This document shows positions 1 through 10,476 of a stretch of DNA of 64,000 nucleotides, piece by piece. The notes beneath the pieces were generated by a model. That model had not been told where the DNA came from, searched no databases, and saw only the letters and a program-made list of their open reading frames with translations. The stretch comes from Candidatus Falkowbacteria bacterium (lineage in GTDB: Bacteria; Patescibacteriota; Patescibacteriia; Patescibacteriales; UBA12465), in assembly GCA_016432645.1 (NCBI GenBank), contig CP066698.1:325062-389061 (forward strand), written 5' to 3'. Position numbers and translations under genes: made by a program. Numbering within the stretch: position 1 is the stretch's first letter; the number at the start of each line of letters is the position of its first letter.

Positions 1-550
1 GCTTTTTTAGCTGCTTATCATATTCCCGGCGGCATCTTTTAGCCCAGCGCAAAGTACGTTCAACGGCAATTTCTAAATCAGCGCGGGCAAATTCATTGGG
101 CGGACAATCATCCAAACAAACCATCATGTCTACTCCTAATTCAAATTGAATTTGAATGGATTTTTCCGGAGTAAGCTCGTGCCAAGAACCGTCAAGCGGC
201 GATTTAAAGGCCACGCCCTCATCCTTGATTTTCCCCATGTGGCTATTTTTATGAATCAAGGAAAAAACTTGAAACCCGCCGGAATCAGATAAAAGAGGGC
301 CATCCCAATTCATAAACTTATGGATGCCGCCCGCTTTTTTAATATTCTTTAACCCCGGCTGGAGATAAAGATGGAAAGTATTAACGACCAAAGCACGGGT
401 CTTAGTTCTGGTTAAATCATGATTATCGGTTAATTTCACAAAACCGCGGGTGGCGTCCGGCATATAGAAAGGCGTTTTTAAAAGCCCATGAGGGACTTTA
501 ATCTCTCCCCGGCGCAAACCGTTTTTCTTAGTTTTAATTAGTTTAAACAT
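1..550 (-). CDS. tgt: tRNA-guanine transglycosylase (queuine tRNA-ribosyltransferase), 5' part; runs off the window start
   Basis: Not in the ORF track. Manual translation from ATG at 550 gives MFKLIKTKKNGLRRGEIKVPHG..TPFYMPDATRG..NTFHL..HKFMNWDGPLLSDSGGFQVFSL..LTPEKSIQIQ..LGVDMMVCLDDC, the hallmark TGT motifs. Confidence 0.95.
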   Translation of the reverse strand, partial: MFKLIKTKKNGLRRGEIKVPHGLLKTPFYMPDATRGFVKLTDNHDLTRTKTRALVVNTFHLYLQPGLKNIKKAGGIHKFMNWDGPLLSDSGGFQVFSLIHKNSHMGKIKDEGVAFKSPLDGSWHELTPEKSIQIQFELGVDMMVCLDDCPPNEFARADLEIAVERTLRWAKRCRREYDKQLKK

Positions 551-572
551 GAGATTAACTTAAGTGCCGAAA

Positions 573-2585
573 TTATTGAGAAACCCGGCCGGAATTATTC
601 AAACCAGCAATGTCATCATCCTCCAGCTTGGTAGTTTTCGCGCTAGTTTTTTTAGTGATAGTAGACTGCGTCTCGTTATCCAGGGCGGTAATTACCGAAC
701 CCGGAGAAAGAATTAAAATCTTATCTTGATCGGCGGCACTCGGCGTCACGGAAATTGAAAAAGAAGCGTCAACCTGATAAACGGAAACTGGCAGCCGGCC
801 GATGTTCCAAATGACCGCATGGCGCGAACTGTCATAATATAAATTTCCAACGCCGGCAATAACCGAATCATCCCAAGAAACCTGAGCTGGCAGATTCAAA
901 ACCACGCTGGCAGCGCTCAATTCATGTAAATTATTTTTCACGGTCCAATAAACTTTGAAGCTGCTCTTCTCACCCACTTTCGGCGGCAAGGGTCCGGAAC
1001 CGACTGGAGCATTATCATCATTAAAATAGCGGACTTGTTCGCTTAAAATCAAGTCGCTGTTTAGTTTTGTGACAATCACATTGCTTTTATTGTTTTCAGC
1101 GACGGTCTTATTATCAATGCCATACTGCGAGTAAGCGGAAATTTCCAATTTATTGCCAAAGTCGCTTTCTTGATAATTTTTTAATTTAACGGAAAAATTT
1201 ATTTCACCTTCGTCTCCAGGCTTGATTTCAGACAAAGCCGGTAATTCCTGTTTGGTCCAGACAATTTTACCATTTTGAATCTCGCCGTTTTTATCGGCAT
1301 TAATTGAAGACAAATCTAAAAAATAACCATCAACTACCGCCATCAAGACTGCATCTTTAAAACTATTAGCCCCCTGATTGCTATAGTTTAAAGTATAATT
1401 TAAAGTATCGCCAAAACTGGCTGCCCCATTATTTTTGGAACCATTTAAAAACAGGGTTAAATTCAAATCGCTTTTTACAATTTCCGGACTCAAGGTTTTT
1501 TCCCAGAAAGTGTATGTTTGCCCATCCGCCAGCTTCTTTTCTAATCTAATTATTAAATCGGTTTTTTCCGGCTGATTCTTGAATAAATAATTAAAGGCTA
1601 GTTTCTGGCTGGCGGTTTCGGAATTTAAACCGGAGACTAACCAGTTACCGGCTCCCTCGCTGATAATTTGCAAGCGGGTGCTGGAACTAGTAGAGGCCGT
1701 CGCTGAAGAAACCGTGGAGGAAGCGGCATTTTTATTAGAATCATTAAAACTGCTTATCCCGTCTCCCGACAGAATAAATTTAATATTAAAATCTCCCAGC
1801 TGATTATCATCAACCTGGAAAAAAGAAATATTTATTTCATTATTTTGTCCTAAAAAAGCCGTATTAGAAGACTCGACTCCAACTTGGAACCCAATCCCGC
1901 TAACGACCGTGGCCGCCGAGCTCTCTTTTTTAAATTCGCTCGAAAAATTAAGCGGAATATAAGTCAGGCGCCCGGAAATCACATTAACCGAATCAGCTGG
2001 AGAAATAATCTTGCCGCTTACCAGCAAAGAACCGCTGGCGCCGGAGGCTAAATCTGGCAAATTAAAACCATAATTACCGCTGCTAGGATCCATGGTAGCT
2101 GAAGAAAAAATAAAATTATCCGGATATTGAAGCTCGAGGCGGATATTAGCTAGCGGAAATTTAGTCGGATTATCATATTTTATTTGATAAGAAAACTCCT
2201 CGCCCGCCTTGATATCGTCTGGGGCGACAATGGAAAATTCCAAGCCGCTCATATCATTGCCGCGGTTGAAAAAATAAAAATAAGAAAAATAAGCGGCGAG
2301 CGCCAAGAGCACGACGGTAAATAATTGCTTAAAAATTTTAATCATAAAAATTTGCCGGCGCTTAACGGTCATCTTTTTAACATTAATCAACGCTCCTTTT
2401 TTATCGCTATAGATTTCCGTCAACTTAGAATCGATTTCTTGATGTCTGATTTCCTGTCCAACTACGCGTTCAAAATTTTCCACCTCATTTTCGGTAGGAA
2501 CTGGACGCTCCACGAAGGCTGACAAACCGGAATTGCTTTCCTTATCAATCCTAATTATTTTCTTAACTTTTTTCCCACTGGCCAT
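573..2585 (-). CDS. Membrane-anchored exported protein with Ig-like/DUF11-like beta-sandwich domains
   Basis: 670 aa; single TM near aa 85-105; repeated segments like GEEFSYQIKYDN, GDTLNYTLNYSN and FKVYWTVKN. Confidence 0.6.
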   Translation of the reverse strand: MASGKKVKKIIRIDKESNSGLSAFVERPVPTENEVENFERVVGQEIRHQEIDSKLTEIYSDKKGALINVKKMTVKRRQIFMIKIFKQLFTVVLLALAAYFSYFYFFNRGNDMSGLEFSIVAPDDIKAGEEFSYQIKYDNPTKFPLANIRLELQYPDNFIFSSATMDPSSGNYGFNLPDLASGASGSLLVSGKIISPADSVNVISGRLTYIPLNFSSEFKKESSAATVVSGIGFQVGVESSNTAFLGQNNEINISFFQVDDNQLGDFNIKFILSGDGISSFNDSNKNAASSTVSSATASTSSSTRLQIISEGAGNWLVSGLNSETASQKLAFNYLFKNQPEKTDLIIRLEKKLADGQTYTFWEKTLSPEIVKSDLNLTLFLNGSKNNGAASFGDTLNYTLNYSNQGANSFKDAVLMAVVDGYFLDLSSINADKNGEIQNGKIVWTKQELPALSEIKPGDEGEINFSVKLKNYQESDFGNKLEISAYSQYGIDNKTVAENNKSNVIVTKLNSDLILSEQVRYFNDDNAPVGSGPLPPKVGEKSSFKVYWTVKNNLHELSAASVVLNLPAQVSWDDSVIAGVGNLYYDSSRHAVIWNIGRLPVSVYQVDASFSISVTPSAADQDKILILSPGSVITALDNETQSTITKKTSAKTTKLEDDDIAGLNNSGRVSQ

Positions 2586-2600
2586 ATATATTTAATTATT

Positions 2601-5129
2601 TTATTTTTTTAATAATACGGAAAAATATTTATCAGCATTAATTTTATCAAAAATCTCCCAACCTTTAGACCAAGATAAATTATCGGGATGCTTCCAGAAG
2701 ACTTCTAGCGGCTCAGCGACTTCCAAGCGGCTATGGAACTCGCTGGCAGCTGCTCCCGGCTGTTTTTGCACCAGCAGTGAATATGACCATAAATCTTTAG
2801 AATCAGGATTTAATAAATTATTTAACCTGCTTAAGAAACCGTTATCAGTCTCGGCTTCAAAGAAATTAAATGGCAGCTCATAGCTTAAATTTATTTCCGC
2901 GGTTTGGCCAGGATCAACCATTACCCAGCCGGCAAAAACTGTTTTCCCATCTTCTTGGTATATTTTAGCGCCGCTCGCCGGATCGGTGATGGCCGCCTCC
3001 TCATTGACTAGTAATTTACTATTTTCCCAAGAGCTATCAGGTTCTTCAAAATAAGCGGCGTCAGGAACTTGGAATCCGGAAGCGGATAACAAGCGGCTGC
3101 CTGCAGGCACATAAACCCGAAGCCAATTAACATTCCGCACGCCCGTTAAAATTTCATTTTTTTGGCCGGAATGAATTCTAGTAATTTTAACTTGATTAAT
3201 AATCTTACCGCTAGGGCTAACTTGCGATAACTGTTCAATCTTTTCCACCATTTTCCGATCGGATTTCTGGCCAGCAATATTAGTATTAACTACCATTAAA
3301 TAATCGCGGGGGGCATCTTTTATTTCGCCGCCATAATTACGAGCGCTTACTTCCGATTCTAAAGCCGGATCGGTAAAATAAAACATGATTTGCTTTTCCG
3401 CCAAACTATCCTCAAAGGCGGAAATTATTTTAACCAGACTATCGCGATTTAACTTCTGCGGCAATACTTCCAAAATCTTAGCCATTAAATCGCCGATAAT
3501 TTTTTTAGGCTTATTATCAATATTCTTATCCAAACCCTGTTCCAACGGTACGGAAACCGCAATCGTGGTAGTGGATTCCTTAAAACCGCTAGCTTCTTTA
3601 AAACCAGCCGCCGCTTCGGGATTAGTTTTTTCTAAATTCTTATGTTCAACTACTGTCTGCACGGTTTCCCAAAAATTATTACTATCAATCACTAGCCCGT
3701 AATCTGCTGTCAAATCGATAGGCCCGGTAATCTCTAAAAGCCGTTCAACAACCGTCGGCGTAACACTAATGACCCCATCAACAGTCGGACCGCCGCTCTT
3801 ATCATAAAACCACATCAAATTTTGCGAAGTGCGAACCCAATTAGGCCACCAATTAGCGTCCCAAAAATGCCAGAGGGGGTTAACTAGCCATAAGGGGCGC
3901 GGCGCCTTAACTTTGACGCTCATACCGCCCTCAGTATCATAAGAGCCGCCTCCCGGTACTTCTAAATTTTTAATCTTACCGCCGCTTAAATCCAGAAGCG
4001 CATAACTGCCTAAAAATCCGCCGGAAGCGCGCAGTTCCGAATTATTTTGGAAAATAAGCAAATATCTTTTATCTTTACTCAAACCAAAGACTTCCCTCAT
4101 TTTATCGGCCGCAGAAACAAAATTATCCAAATTAGCGCTTAAACTTTTTGTTTCACTGGCCAGAGTCAAAAATTTAGCTCGATATTCGGCCGGTAAATTA
4201 TCAGGATTTATCTTGCTGATTATCTTGTCTAAATCATTGGCGTCGTTCACTGCTAAGCGTCCATATTTAATAAATCCGTCCAAAGCGCCTAAAAAATTAT
4301 CCGGCTGCTGATTAAACAAGCTATCAGTCGCCAACACTAAATTCTTTCCCAAAGAAGAACTAACTGCTCCGGCCGCTAAAAACCGTTTGCTCTCGGCCGC
4401 TAATTTCATTTTAGGATCTCCGGACAAAGAAGCTAAAAATAATAACGAATCGCTGATAACACTTAAATCTTCCTGGGCCTGCAAAAAACCATTTCCAGCT
4501 TGCGAAAATTCCGTGCTCGCCTCCTGAAAATTCATCGTTGAAACCGAATTGGCAGCGGACACCAAATTATTAAAAGCCATCTTAGAGCTATTCAAAACCT
4601 TATTCTCCAAATTCTTAAAATCTAAAATTTCAAAATAAGCCAAAAGTTTAATCGGAATAATTATAAAAACCAGCACCAAGACAAAAGATAAAATTGAACG
4701 ATACCAAACAACTTTATTTTCTGCCGCCGCTAAGCGTTCTCGGCCGCTGAATTTAAAGCGGGCGTCGAGAATCCGATGCTGTTCCCTAACGGCTGTTTGC
4801 CAAAGATTGTTGGCACTACGGCTCTGAGACTTAAAAGCACGGAACAAACTTTTTTTAAAATTATGCCGGGGGCTAAAAAAATTATTCCACGGCGAACGGA
4901 AACGGAAATGCATTTTAGGAACAGCCGGCAGATTAAAACTGAAAGACGCCTTTGACCTGGGTAATTTATGAGCTAAAGAAAATTTTGGTTTCTTAAATTC
5001 AAATTTCTGCTTCTCGAGCGCGCTAGGATTAGCTGTTGGTTTTAAAGACTGCCTTAAATCCACAACAAAACTAGAGTACCGAGCTCTTTCTAATTCTATC
5101 CGTTTATTTTTATTAGCATCACTAATCAT
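2601..5129 (-). CDS. DUF4012-family membrane-anchored protein
   Basis: TM near aa 145-165, coiled region, then YLLIFQNNSELRASGGFLGSY, DANWWPNW, DGVI and N..G.KSD motifs typical of DUF4012. Confidence 0.8.
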   Translation of the reverse strand: MISDANKNKRIELERARYSSFVVDLRQSLKPTANPSALEKQKFEFKKPKFSLAHKLPRSKASFSFNLPAVPKMHFRFRSPWNNFFSPRHNFKKSLFRAFKSQSRSANNLWQTAVREQHRILDARFKFSGRERLAAAENKVVWYRSILSFVLVLVFIIIPIKLLAYFEILDFKNLENKVLNSSKMAFNNLVSAANSVSTMNFQEASTEFSQAGNGFLQAQEDLSVISDSLLFLASLSGDPKMKLAAESKRFLAAGAVSSSLGKNLVLATDSLFNQQPDNFLGALDGFIKYGRLAVNDANDLDKIISKINPDNLPAEYRAKFLTLASETKSLSANLDNFVSAADKMREVFGLSKDKRYLLIFQNNSELRASGGFLGSYALLDLSGGKIKNLEVPGGGSYDTEGGMSVKVKAPRPLWLVNPLWHFWDANWWPNWVRTSQNLMWFYDKSGGPTVDGVISVTPTVVERLLEITGPIDLTADYGLVIDSNNFWETVQTVVEHKNLEKTNPEAAAGFKEASGFKESTTTIAVSVPLEQGLDKNIDNKPKKIIGDLMAKILEVLPQKLNRDSLVKIISAFEDSLAEKQIMFYFTDPALESEVSARNYGGEIKDAPRDYLMVVNTNIAGQKSDRKMVEKIEQLSQVSPSGKIINQVKITRIHSGQKNEILTGVRNVNWLRVYVPAGSRLLSASGFQVPDAAYFEEPDSSWENSKLLVNEEAAITDPASGAKIYQEDGKTVFAGWVMVDPGQTAEINLSYELPFNFFEAETDNGFLSRLNNLLNPDSKDLWSYSLLVQKQPGAAASEFHSRLEVAEPLEVFWKHPDNLSWSKGWEIFDKINADKYFSVLLKK

Positions 5130-6322
5130 TTTTGTTTTTTTAAAACCTGTTCATAAACCGCGAAGGTTTCACGCGCGCATTCCCACCAACTATAATTTTT
5201 AACTTTATCTAAACCGCGAGCAATAAGTTCGCTCCTAAAGTCGGAATTATTTAAAATCTGCTTGATTTTAGCCAGCATATCATCATCATCCTCGGGATTA
5301 AAATAAACCGCCGCATCTCCCAGAATTTCTGGCAAACTCGCCCGATCAGAACTGGCGACTGGACATAATTTAGCCATCGCCTCTAAAGGCGGCAAACCGA
5401 ACCCCTCATACAGTGAAGGAAAAACATAAGCTCTAGCGGCCTGATAAATTATTTCCAACTGGGCGTCCGGAACATAGCCTGGAAAAACCACCGGGCTATT
5501 AATATTTTCTTTCTGCCATAAATTTAAGGATTTAGCATAATCATGTATCCGGCTATAGAAAAAATCCTCCTTACCGACTAAAACTAATTTTAAATCAGGA
5601 ATCTCGGCGCGCAAGCGGGAAAAAGTTCTAATTAGAGATTCTAAATTCTTGTGCGGATAAGCATTGCCGACATAAAGCAAGAAATTATTTCCGAGATGAT
5701 ATTTTTCTAAAGTTTCCCGGCTATCCAGCTTGGCAACAAACAAAGAATCACGTCCCCGCTTTAAATTAGCCACGCCTTCGTAAGTGACCGTAATTTTTCC
5801 AGCAGCTTCCGGAAAATTATATATAATATCGCGCTTAGTAAATTCGGAAACAGTAATTACGCGGCGGGCTTTTCTAAGCGCCGTTTTAGTGACCAAGCGG
5901 TAAGCTAAATTTTTAAAGTAGTAAATAAAGCTGCTCTTAGTAGTAGCGCGCACCGTCGGAAAATGAGTCAAAATCAAATCGTGCAGCGTCATAACAAACT
6001 TAGTCGGCGTTAAAATCGGAATATTAAAATGAGGAAAATGCATTAAATCTAAATGTTCCCGCCAAATATAAAACGGGAGCTTTAGCTGCTCGCTCCAAGA
6101 ATACCAAGGAATATCGATTAACACCTTCTTAACGCGCGGGCTGGAAGAAACAAATTCATCAAAATTGCTCGGACTTAAAAATATCACAAAATCAAAACCT
6201 TCAGGAGGATTAATCTCCTGAGCGTCATTTATCATGATTATATTATCAACCACCTCTTGAGTGTAGCGGCCTAAACCTTTGCCGACCGGCCCATAGAAGC
6301 GGGCATCAATCCCAATTTTCAT
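5126..6322 (-). CDS. Glycosyltransferase family 4 (GT-B)
   Basis: MKIGIDAR start, HD motif, YPHKN, and FPSLYEGFGLPPLEAMA (EX7E). Confidence 0.93.
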   Translation of the reverse strand: MKIGIDARFYGPVGKGLGRYTQEVVDNIIMINDAQEINPPEGFDFVIFLSPSNFDEFVSSSPRVKKVLIDIPWYSWSEQLKLPFYIWREHLDLMHFPHFNIPILTPTKFVMTLHDLILTHFPTVRATTKSSFIYYFKNLAYRLVTKTALRKARRVITVSEFTKRDIIYNFPEAAGKITVTYEGVANLKRGRDSLFVAKLDSRETLEKYHLGNNFLLYVGNAYPHKNLESLIRTFSRLRAEIPDLKLVLVGKEDFFYSRIHDYAKSLNLWQKENINSPVVFPGYVPDAQLEIIYQAARAYVFPSLYEGFGLPPLEAMAKLCPVASSDRASLPEILGDAAVYFNPEDDDDMLAKIKQILNNSDFRSELIARGLDKVKNYSWWECARETFAVYEQVLKKQK

Positions 6323-6355
6323 TTTTACTTTATTGATTAAACGCCGATTTTCTAA

Positions 6356-7801
6356 TTAAACAAAGGGCAAATTATCCGGGGGCACGGAATTATCCTCTTC
6401 CAGCGGAGACAAAGATTTTTCTGGATAAGAATTGCGCTGTTCTTTATTCTCTAAGAAAATACCGGTCTTCAAAAAACTGTCATCAACGGTAGTCAGCTCG
6501 GAAGCTAGCGGTAATGATGATGGCGCATCCGCTTTTCGCCCCGGTGCTTTTTGAACCAGCGAAGCTTTAACATTGGCCTCCACCGGAAAATGCCATAAAG
6601 TCGCCAGCTCTTCAATATTAAGTATTCCGGCACTGATACCGCGGCCATCCGAACGAACAGTATAGGCGTGGAATATTTTATTCTTTTTTAAATTCAAACG
6701 CGGCACCTGGCGGAAATAAACCGTTTTAGTCATCGTCTTTTTAACATCCGGCTTTAAATTATTTAAATCTAAAGAGGCAAATTGCTTCATATAGCCGACG
6801 ATGCCGTTAGCCACTTTGGCCTTATTCATGACATCTTTTTTGGCGACATAGACCACTCGAATTTTAGCCTCAAAAGACAGCTTTGATAATTTTTCATGAA
6901 CGCCCTCTATCCGCCTTTTTTCTAAAGGAGTTAAATCCATCATAGTTTTTTGCTTTTCCTCCTTCTTACTGGATTCAACATCGCCCCAAATACTATATAA
7001 AATTTCACTGGCATTACCTAAAGCCTCTACCCCCTTCATCGCCAAACCAGGCTTCGCCTTTGCTTTCCTGCCTAAAATTTTATCGATTTCTTTTTCCGCC
7101 TCTTTCACCCAATCAAAACCTATCGGAATTACTAAAAATTGAATCCAAAGCTGTTCGCCCTGGCGCAAAGAACCGCAAAGATCCATTAAAGCGGCCATCG
7201 GGTCTTTAAACTGCGTTTCGCTCGGGCCCATTTGATGCTCAAATTCTTTATAAGTCTTAATCGGATAAACCCAGGAAGAGGCCTGCATAAATTCCGTTCC
7301 CCAGACGTCATATTCTTCATCTGGATAATGCTGCGGGACAGCATCGGTGTAGTCATCGACAACTGAAATTTCCGCGTCCGGATACTGAGAATAGACCGAA
7401 GACTCAATCAAGTTTTTATATTCCGCCGGCGTTCTAATCAAAAACTGGGTATAGCCTTCAAGGCTGACAATTTCATAACTGAATGATTTTTGATATTTCC
7501 CTTCAAACCATTTTTCAAAAAAGTTAATAGAACCATGGGCGCCGGCTAAATAGGTGAACATATTTTCAACCGCTTTTGGCGACTGTTCATTGCCTTTAGG
7601 AATATCGATAGCTAGTAAAACATTTTTGTGGGTCTCTGACCATTTTTCTCGAATCCATAGCAAATAGACCTGGATGGTTCCATAAATAAAAAAGATGCCG
7701 ATTATTATCCAGCCAAAATTGCCCAAAAAAGCCCAAAACATCAGGTCTGGAGGCAGGCTTAAAAATTTGTCGATACCCGCAGTATTAATAACGATATCCA
7801 T
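6356..7801 (-). CDS. Conserved CPR-type membrane protein; resembles the N-terminal region of VirD4/DUF87-associated proteins, without an ATPase domain
   Basis: 481 aa; N-terminal TM; SYEIVS, YSQYP.AEI, YPIKTY..F and EELATLWHFP motifs; no Walker A. Confidence 0.5.
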   Translation of the reverse strand: MDIVINTAGIDKFLSLPPDLMFWAFLGNFGWIIIGIFFIYGTIQVYLLWIREKWSETHKNVLLAIDIPKGNEQSPKAVENMFTYLAGAHGSINFFEKWFEGKYQKSFSYEIVSLEGYTQFLIRTPAEYKNLIESSVYSQYPDAEISVVDDYTDAVPQHYPDEEYDVWGTEFMQASSWVYPIKTYKEFEHQMGPSETQFKDPMAALMDLCGSLRQGEQLWIQFLVIPIGFDWVKEAEKEIDKILGRKAKAKPGLAMKGVEALGNASEILYSIWGDVESSKKEEKQKTMMDLTPLEKRRIEGVHEKLSKLSFEAKIRVVYVAKKDVMNKAKVANGIVGYMKQFASLDLNNLKPDVKKTMTKTVYFRQVPRLNLKKNKIFHAYTVRSDGRGISAGILNIEELATLWHFPVEANVKASLVQKAPGRKADAPSSLPLASELTTVDDSFLKTGIFLENKEQRNSYPEKSLSPLEEDNSVPPDNLPFV

Positions 7802-7845
7802 ATTCGGTTTATCTTTTTGATATTAAGATTTTATCATATTTTAAG

Positions 7846-7878
7846 AAAAAAAAGAAACCTAATCGGTGACGATTAGGT
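7846..7878 (-). terminator. Intrinsic terminator after the sigma-region-4 gene
   Basis: ACCTAATCG-GTGA-CGATTAGGT hairpin next to an A-run (U-tract on the minus strand). Confidence 0.7.
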
Positions 7879-7907
7879 CTCTTATAAAAAGCGTTAATTT
7901 TTAGATT

Positions 7908-8948
7908 TTATTTCTGCCATTCCTTAAGCCCATAAGTGCCGCGGCTGATTAAAACATAGCGGCCGTCAAGAATTAATTCATTATGGACGGTAGCGGCGTT
8001 AGCCTTCTTTTTATCAAATTTAATATCGTTAATTTTATTGGCAATTTCAGTAAAATGGAGCGGCTTGCCTTCATGTTTTAAGATTAAATAAATTTTATCA
8101 TTGACGGTTTTAGGCTTAATTTCCTGCCAATCAGCAATCCCCCATTCGCCATATCGATTCTGTTCTAAATTCTTAACGGCTTGCATTAAAGAATATAAAA
8201 CTTTGTTGCCATTTATTAAAGCAGCCTTATCGGGAAAAACTTGGCTCTTGAAGACGGATTCGATATCTAAACCCTCAATCTTGTCTTGCAGCTTCTCTTG
8301 GTGCTTATTATAAGCATCCAGTTTCTTTAAAATCTCCAATAATTCTTCAGTATTTAAAGTTTTCTTTAAACCCTCGACTTTATTCAATAAATCATCAGCT
8401 AATTCTTCTAAATGGGCGACTTCGTTATTTTTAAACTTAAAAGAGGGGGTAAATCGATCGTTGTTATTGACTAATTCTAAATCATCGCCCATCAGCTTAG
8501 AAATCAAAAAATTAAAATGATTTTTATATGATTCCCGGATTTTTTCATCATTAGCTTGGCCCGATTTCTCTGAATTTAACTCTAAGGCAATAACTGTCAA
8601 AATATCTAATAAATAATCGCGTCTAATAAGACCGCCGTGTTCGGCTAATAATTTATGGACCGCTTGTTTAAGATCGGAGATATAACCTTCTAGGCTCTCA
8701 AGCTTCTTGATTTTTCGAATACTAGCGGCTTCAATTTGTCTGACGCGCTCACGAGTCAATTTATGCAAACTGCCGATTTTTTCCAAAGTCTCGCTTTTAT
8801 CACCTTTAAGGCCGAAGCGTCTGGTTAGAACGTCTCTTTCTCTTTCTAATAATTCAGAAAACAAAGAATTAACGATATTAATCGCATCCAAACGTCCGAG
8901 TTCTTCAGATTTCTCTTCTTTAATTATCTTTTCGAGTAAATTTTCCAT
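7908..8948 (-). CDS. Sigma-70 region-4 HTH fused to a C-terminal HARE-HTH/RNAP-delta-like winged helix
   Basis: LERERDVLTRRFGL..TLEKIG..LTRERVRQIE at the N-terminus; KPLHFTEIA..ATVHNELI..RGTYGLKEW at the C-terminus; no sigma region 2. Confidence 0.75.
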   Translation of the reverse strand: MENLLEKIIKEEKSEELGRLDAINIVNSLFSELLERERDVLTRRFGLKGDKSETLEKIGSLHKLTRERVRQIEAASIRKIKKLESLEGYISDLKQAVHKLLAEHGGLIRRDYLLDILTVIALELNSEKSGQANDEKIRESYKNHFNFLISKLMGDDLELVNNNDRFTPSFKFKNNEVAHLEELADDLLNKVEGLKKTLNTEELLEILKKLDAYNKHQEKLQDKIEGLDIESVFKSQVFPDKAALINGNKVLYSLMQAVKNLEQNRYGEWGIADWQEIKPKTVNDKIYLILKHEGKPLHFTEIANKINDIKFDKKKANAATVHNELILDGRYVLISRGTYGLKEWQK

Positions 8949-9029
8949 ATAAAAAAATAAAGCTTTTAGTTTTATTTAAGTATCAGCTTATTGAAGCTTT
9001 ATTTAATTTATCATATTATTTTATATTAG

Positions 9030-9986
9030 TCAAGCCTTAAAAGAACGAAAAATGGCAGGATATTCTTTTAAATTAAATTGCTCTAATATAAGCGAAAAAA
9101 TAAATAAAATACCGATTCGCGCCATAATTATTAACTGGCTGATAAAATTCTCGTGTAAAAAATGTTTGACAAAAAGAAGGTGTTGGTTCTTAAAGGACCA
9201 GGCTCTTGTTTGCCGGCTTAAGCGGCGTCTTTCTTGAAAACGACCCCAAAAACCTTGGCCAAAAGACCCGGCAGTCCGATCATGATAGACGAGAGCATCG
9301 GCTACCAAGCGTGATTCAAAACCCGCTTTGCTTAAGCGATAAGCTAAATCGCAATCTTCTTTATACATAAAAAAACGGGAATCAAAGTAGTCATGATTAG
9401 TCTTAACTTTTTCCAAGGCGCTCATCCTATATAAAGCAGCGGCGCCCGACGGCCCCAGAATAGGCGCCGTATCATACTGCCCCTCATCAAGCTCTCCCTG
9501 CCCTAAATCCCTAAATTTTAAGCCTGATTTCAACACTAAACCGCAGGAATCAAGCTGTTTGGTTTTTGCTTGCTTGGCGAAATCCCAGCGTAAAATCTTA
9601 GGGCTAACCGAGGCAATTTTAGAATCGCTGCTTATTTTTACTAATAGTTTTTGAATGGCATCCGGCTCCATAATCGTATCCGGATTAAGCGCTAAAAAGT
9701 AATCGGCCTGCAATTTTTTAGCCTGCCTAATCATAAAATTATAAGCGCGGCTAAAACCAAGGTTTTTATTTCTGGTTAATCTAATTAATTCTTCAGGATT
9801 CTGCTTAATAAAGTATTCCAAGGATAATCGGTTAATATTGTTATCCGAACTGCTATTATCAAAGGCAAAAATTAGCCTTTCTTCAACTGGTAAAAAAGCC
9901 AAAGCCGCTCTAAGGCTAGGTAAAAAATCACCTAAATATTTGGCGCTAGCATCATTATAAGTAATAAATCCGACCACAATTTTCAT
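9030..9986 (-). CDS. Glycosyltransferase family 2 (rhamnosyltransferase-like)
   Basis: Start taken at MKIVVGFITYN (ATG 9986); DNSSSD, NLGFSRAYN, LNPD and FFMYKEDCDL motifs. Confidence 0.9.
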   Translation of the reverse strand: MKIVVGFITYNDASAKYLGDFLPSLRAALAFLPVEERLIFAFDNSSSDNNINRLSLEYFIKQNPEELIRLTRNKNLGFSRAYNFMIRQAKKLQADYFLALNPDTIMEPDAIQKLLVKISSDSKIASVSPKILRWDFAKQAKTKQLDSCGLVLKSGLKFRDLGQGELDEGQYDTAPILGPSGAAALYRMSALEKVKTNHDYFDSRFFMYKEDCDLAYRLSKAGFESRLVADALVYHDRTAGSFGQGFWGRFQERRRLSRQTRAWSFKNQHLLFVKHFLHENFISQLIIMARIGILFIFSLILEQFNLKEYPAIFRSFKA

Positions 9987-9989
9987 ATA

Positions 9990-10018
9990 TTGACAAAAAC
10001 GAAGAAATAGTATATAAT
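9990..10018 (+). promoter_or_regulatory. Sigma-70 promoter of orphan ORF 10089
   Basis: Consensus TTGACA(9990-9995)-17 nt-TATAAT(10013-10018). Confidence 0.75.
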
Positions 10019-10088
10019 CAAACAATAAAGTATTTTACTTTATTAGTTAAGTTCTTTTTAAAAACAAATTACAAAAAAATTTTGTATC

Positions 10089-10418
10089 ATGGACAAAGCA
10101 CAAAATGGTTTAAATGGTCATGCCACAAATGGCATGAAAAAGGTTTTAGCAGACGAAATCGCGGACAACGAAGCCGCTCAAGTGATGGATGCCATCAGGG
10201 GACACTTGCCCAAGCTCAAGGGGAAAAGTAAAGAAAAAGTGATTCAGGGGGTCACAAACTTCCTGGAAAACAACCTGAAACTGACGCATGTCAAAGTTAA
10301 CGTTGTGGAATTCGATAGTGAATTCCGAATTTTTCCATCCTTCAGTCTCAACGGCTCAGTTGTAAACAGTCCGGGGAAGATCATTCACCAAAAAGTCGCC
10401 GCCGCCGTCTATAGCTAA
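10089..10418 (+). CDS. Hypothetical protein, stand-alone gene opposite the envelope genes
   Basis: 109-aa ORF with its own promoter and terminator; no recognisable motif. Confidence 0.7.
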   Translation: MDKAQNGLNGHATNGMKKVLADEIADNEAAQVMDAIRGHLPKLKGKSKEKVIQGVTNFLENNLKLTHVKVNVVEFDSEFRIFPSFSLNGSVVNSPGKIIHQKVAAAVYS

Positions 10419-10445
10419 AATCAAAAACTTTTAAAAAACGAAAAT

Positions 10446-10476
10446 GTGGGATTGGCTCTTCAATCCCACTTTTTTT
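10446..10476 (+). terminator. Intrinsic terminator
   Basis: GTGGGATTG-GCTCTT-CAATCCCAC followed by T7. Confidence 0.8.

Noticed and set aside
2613..2639. CGTATTA upstream of ORF 2585
   Set aside because: It lies in the coding end of the DUF4012 gene and has no matching -35 element.
3575..3610. Short duplication GFKEAS-GFKES in the DUF4012 gene
   Set aside because: An in-frame micro-duplication in a variable loop with no wider pattern.
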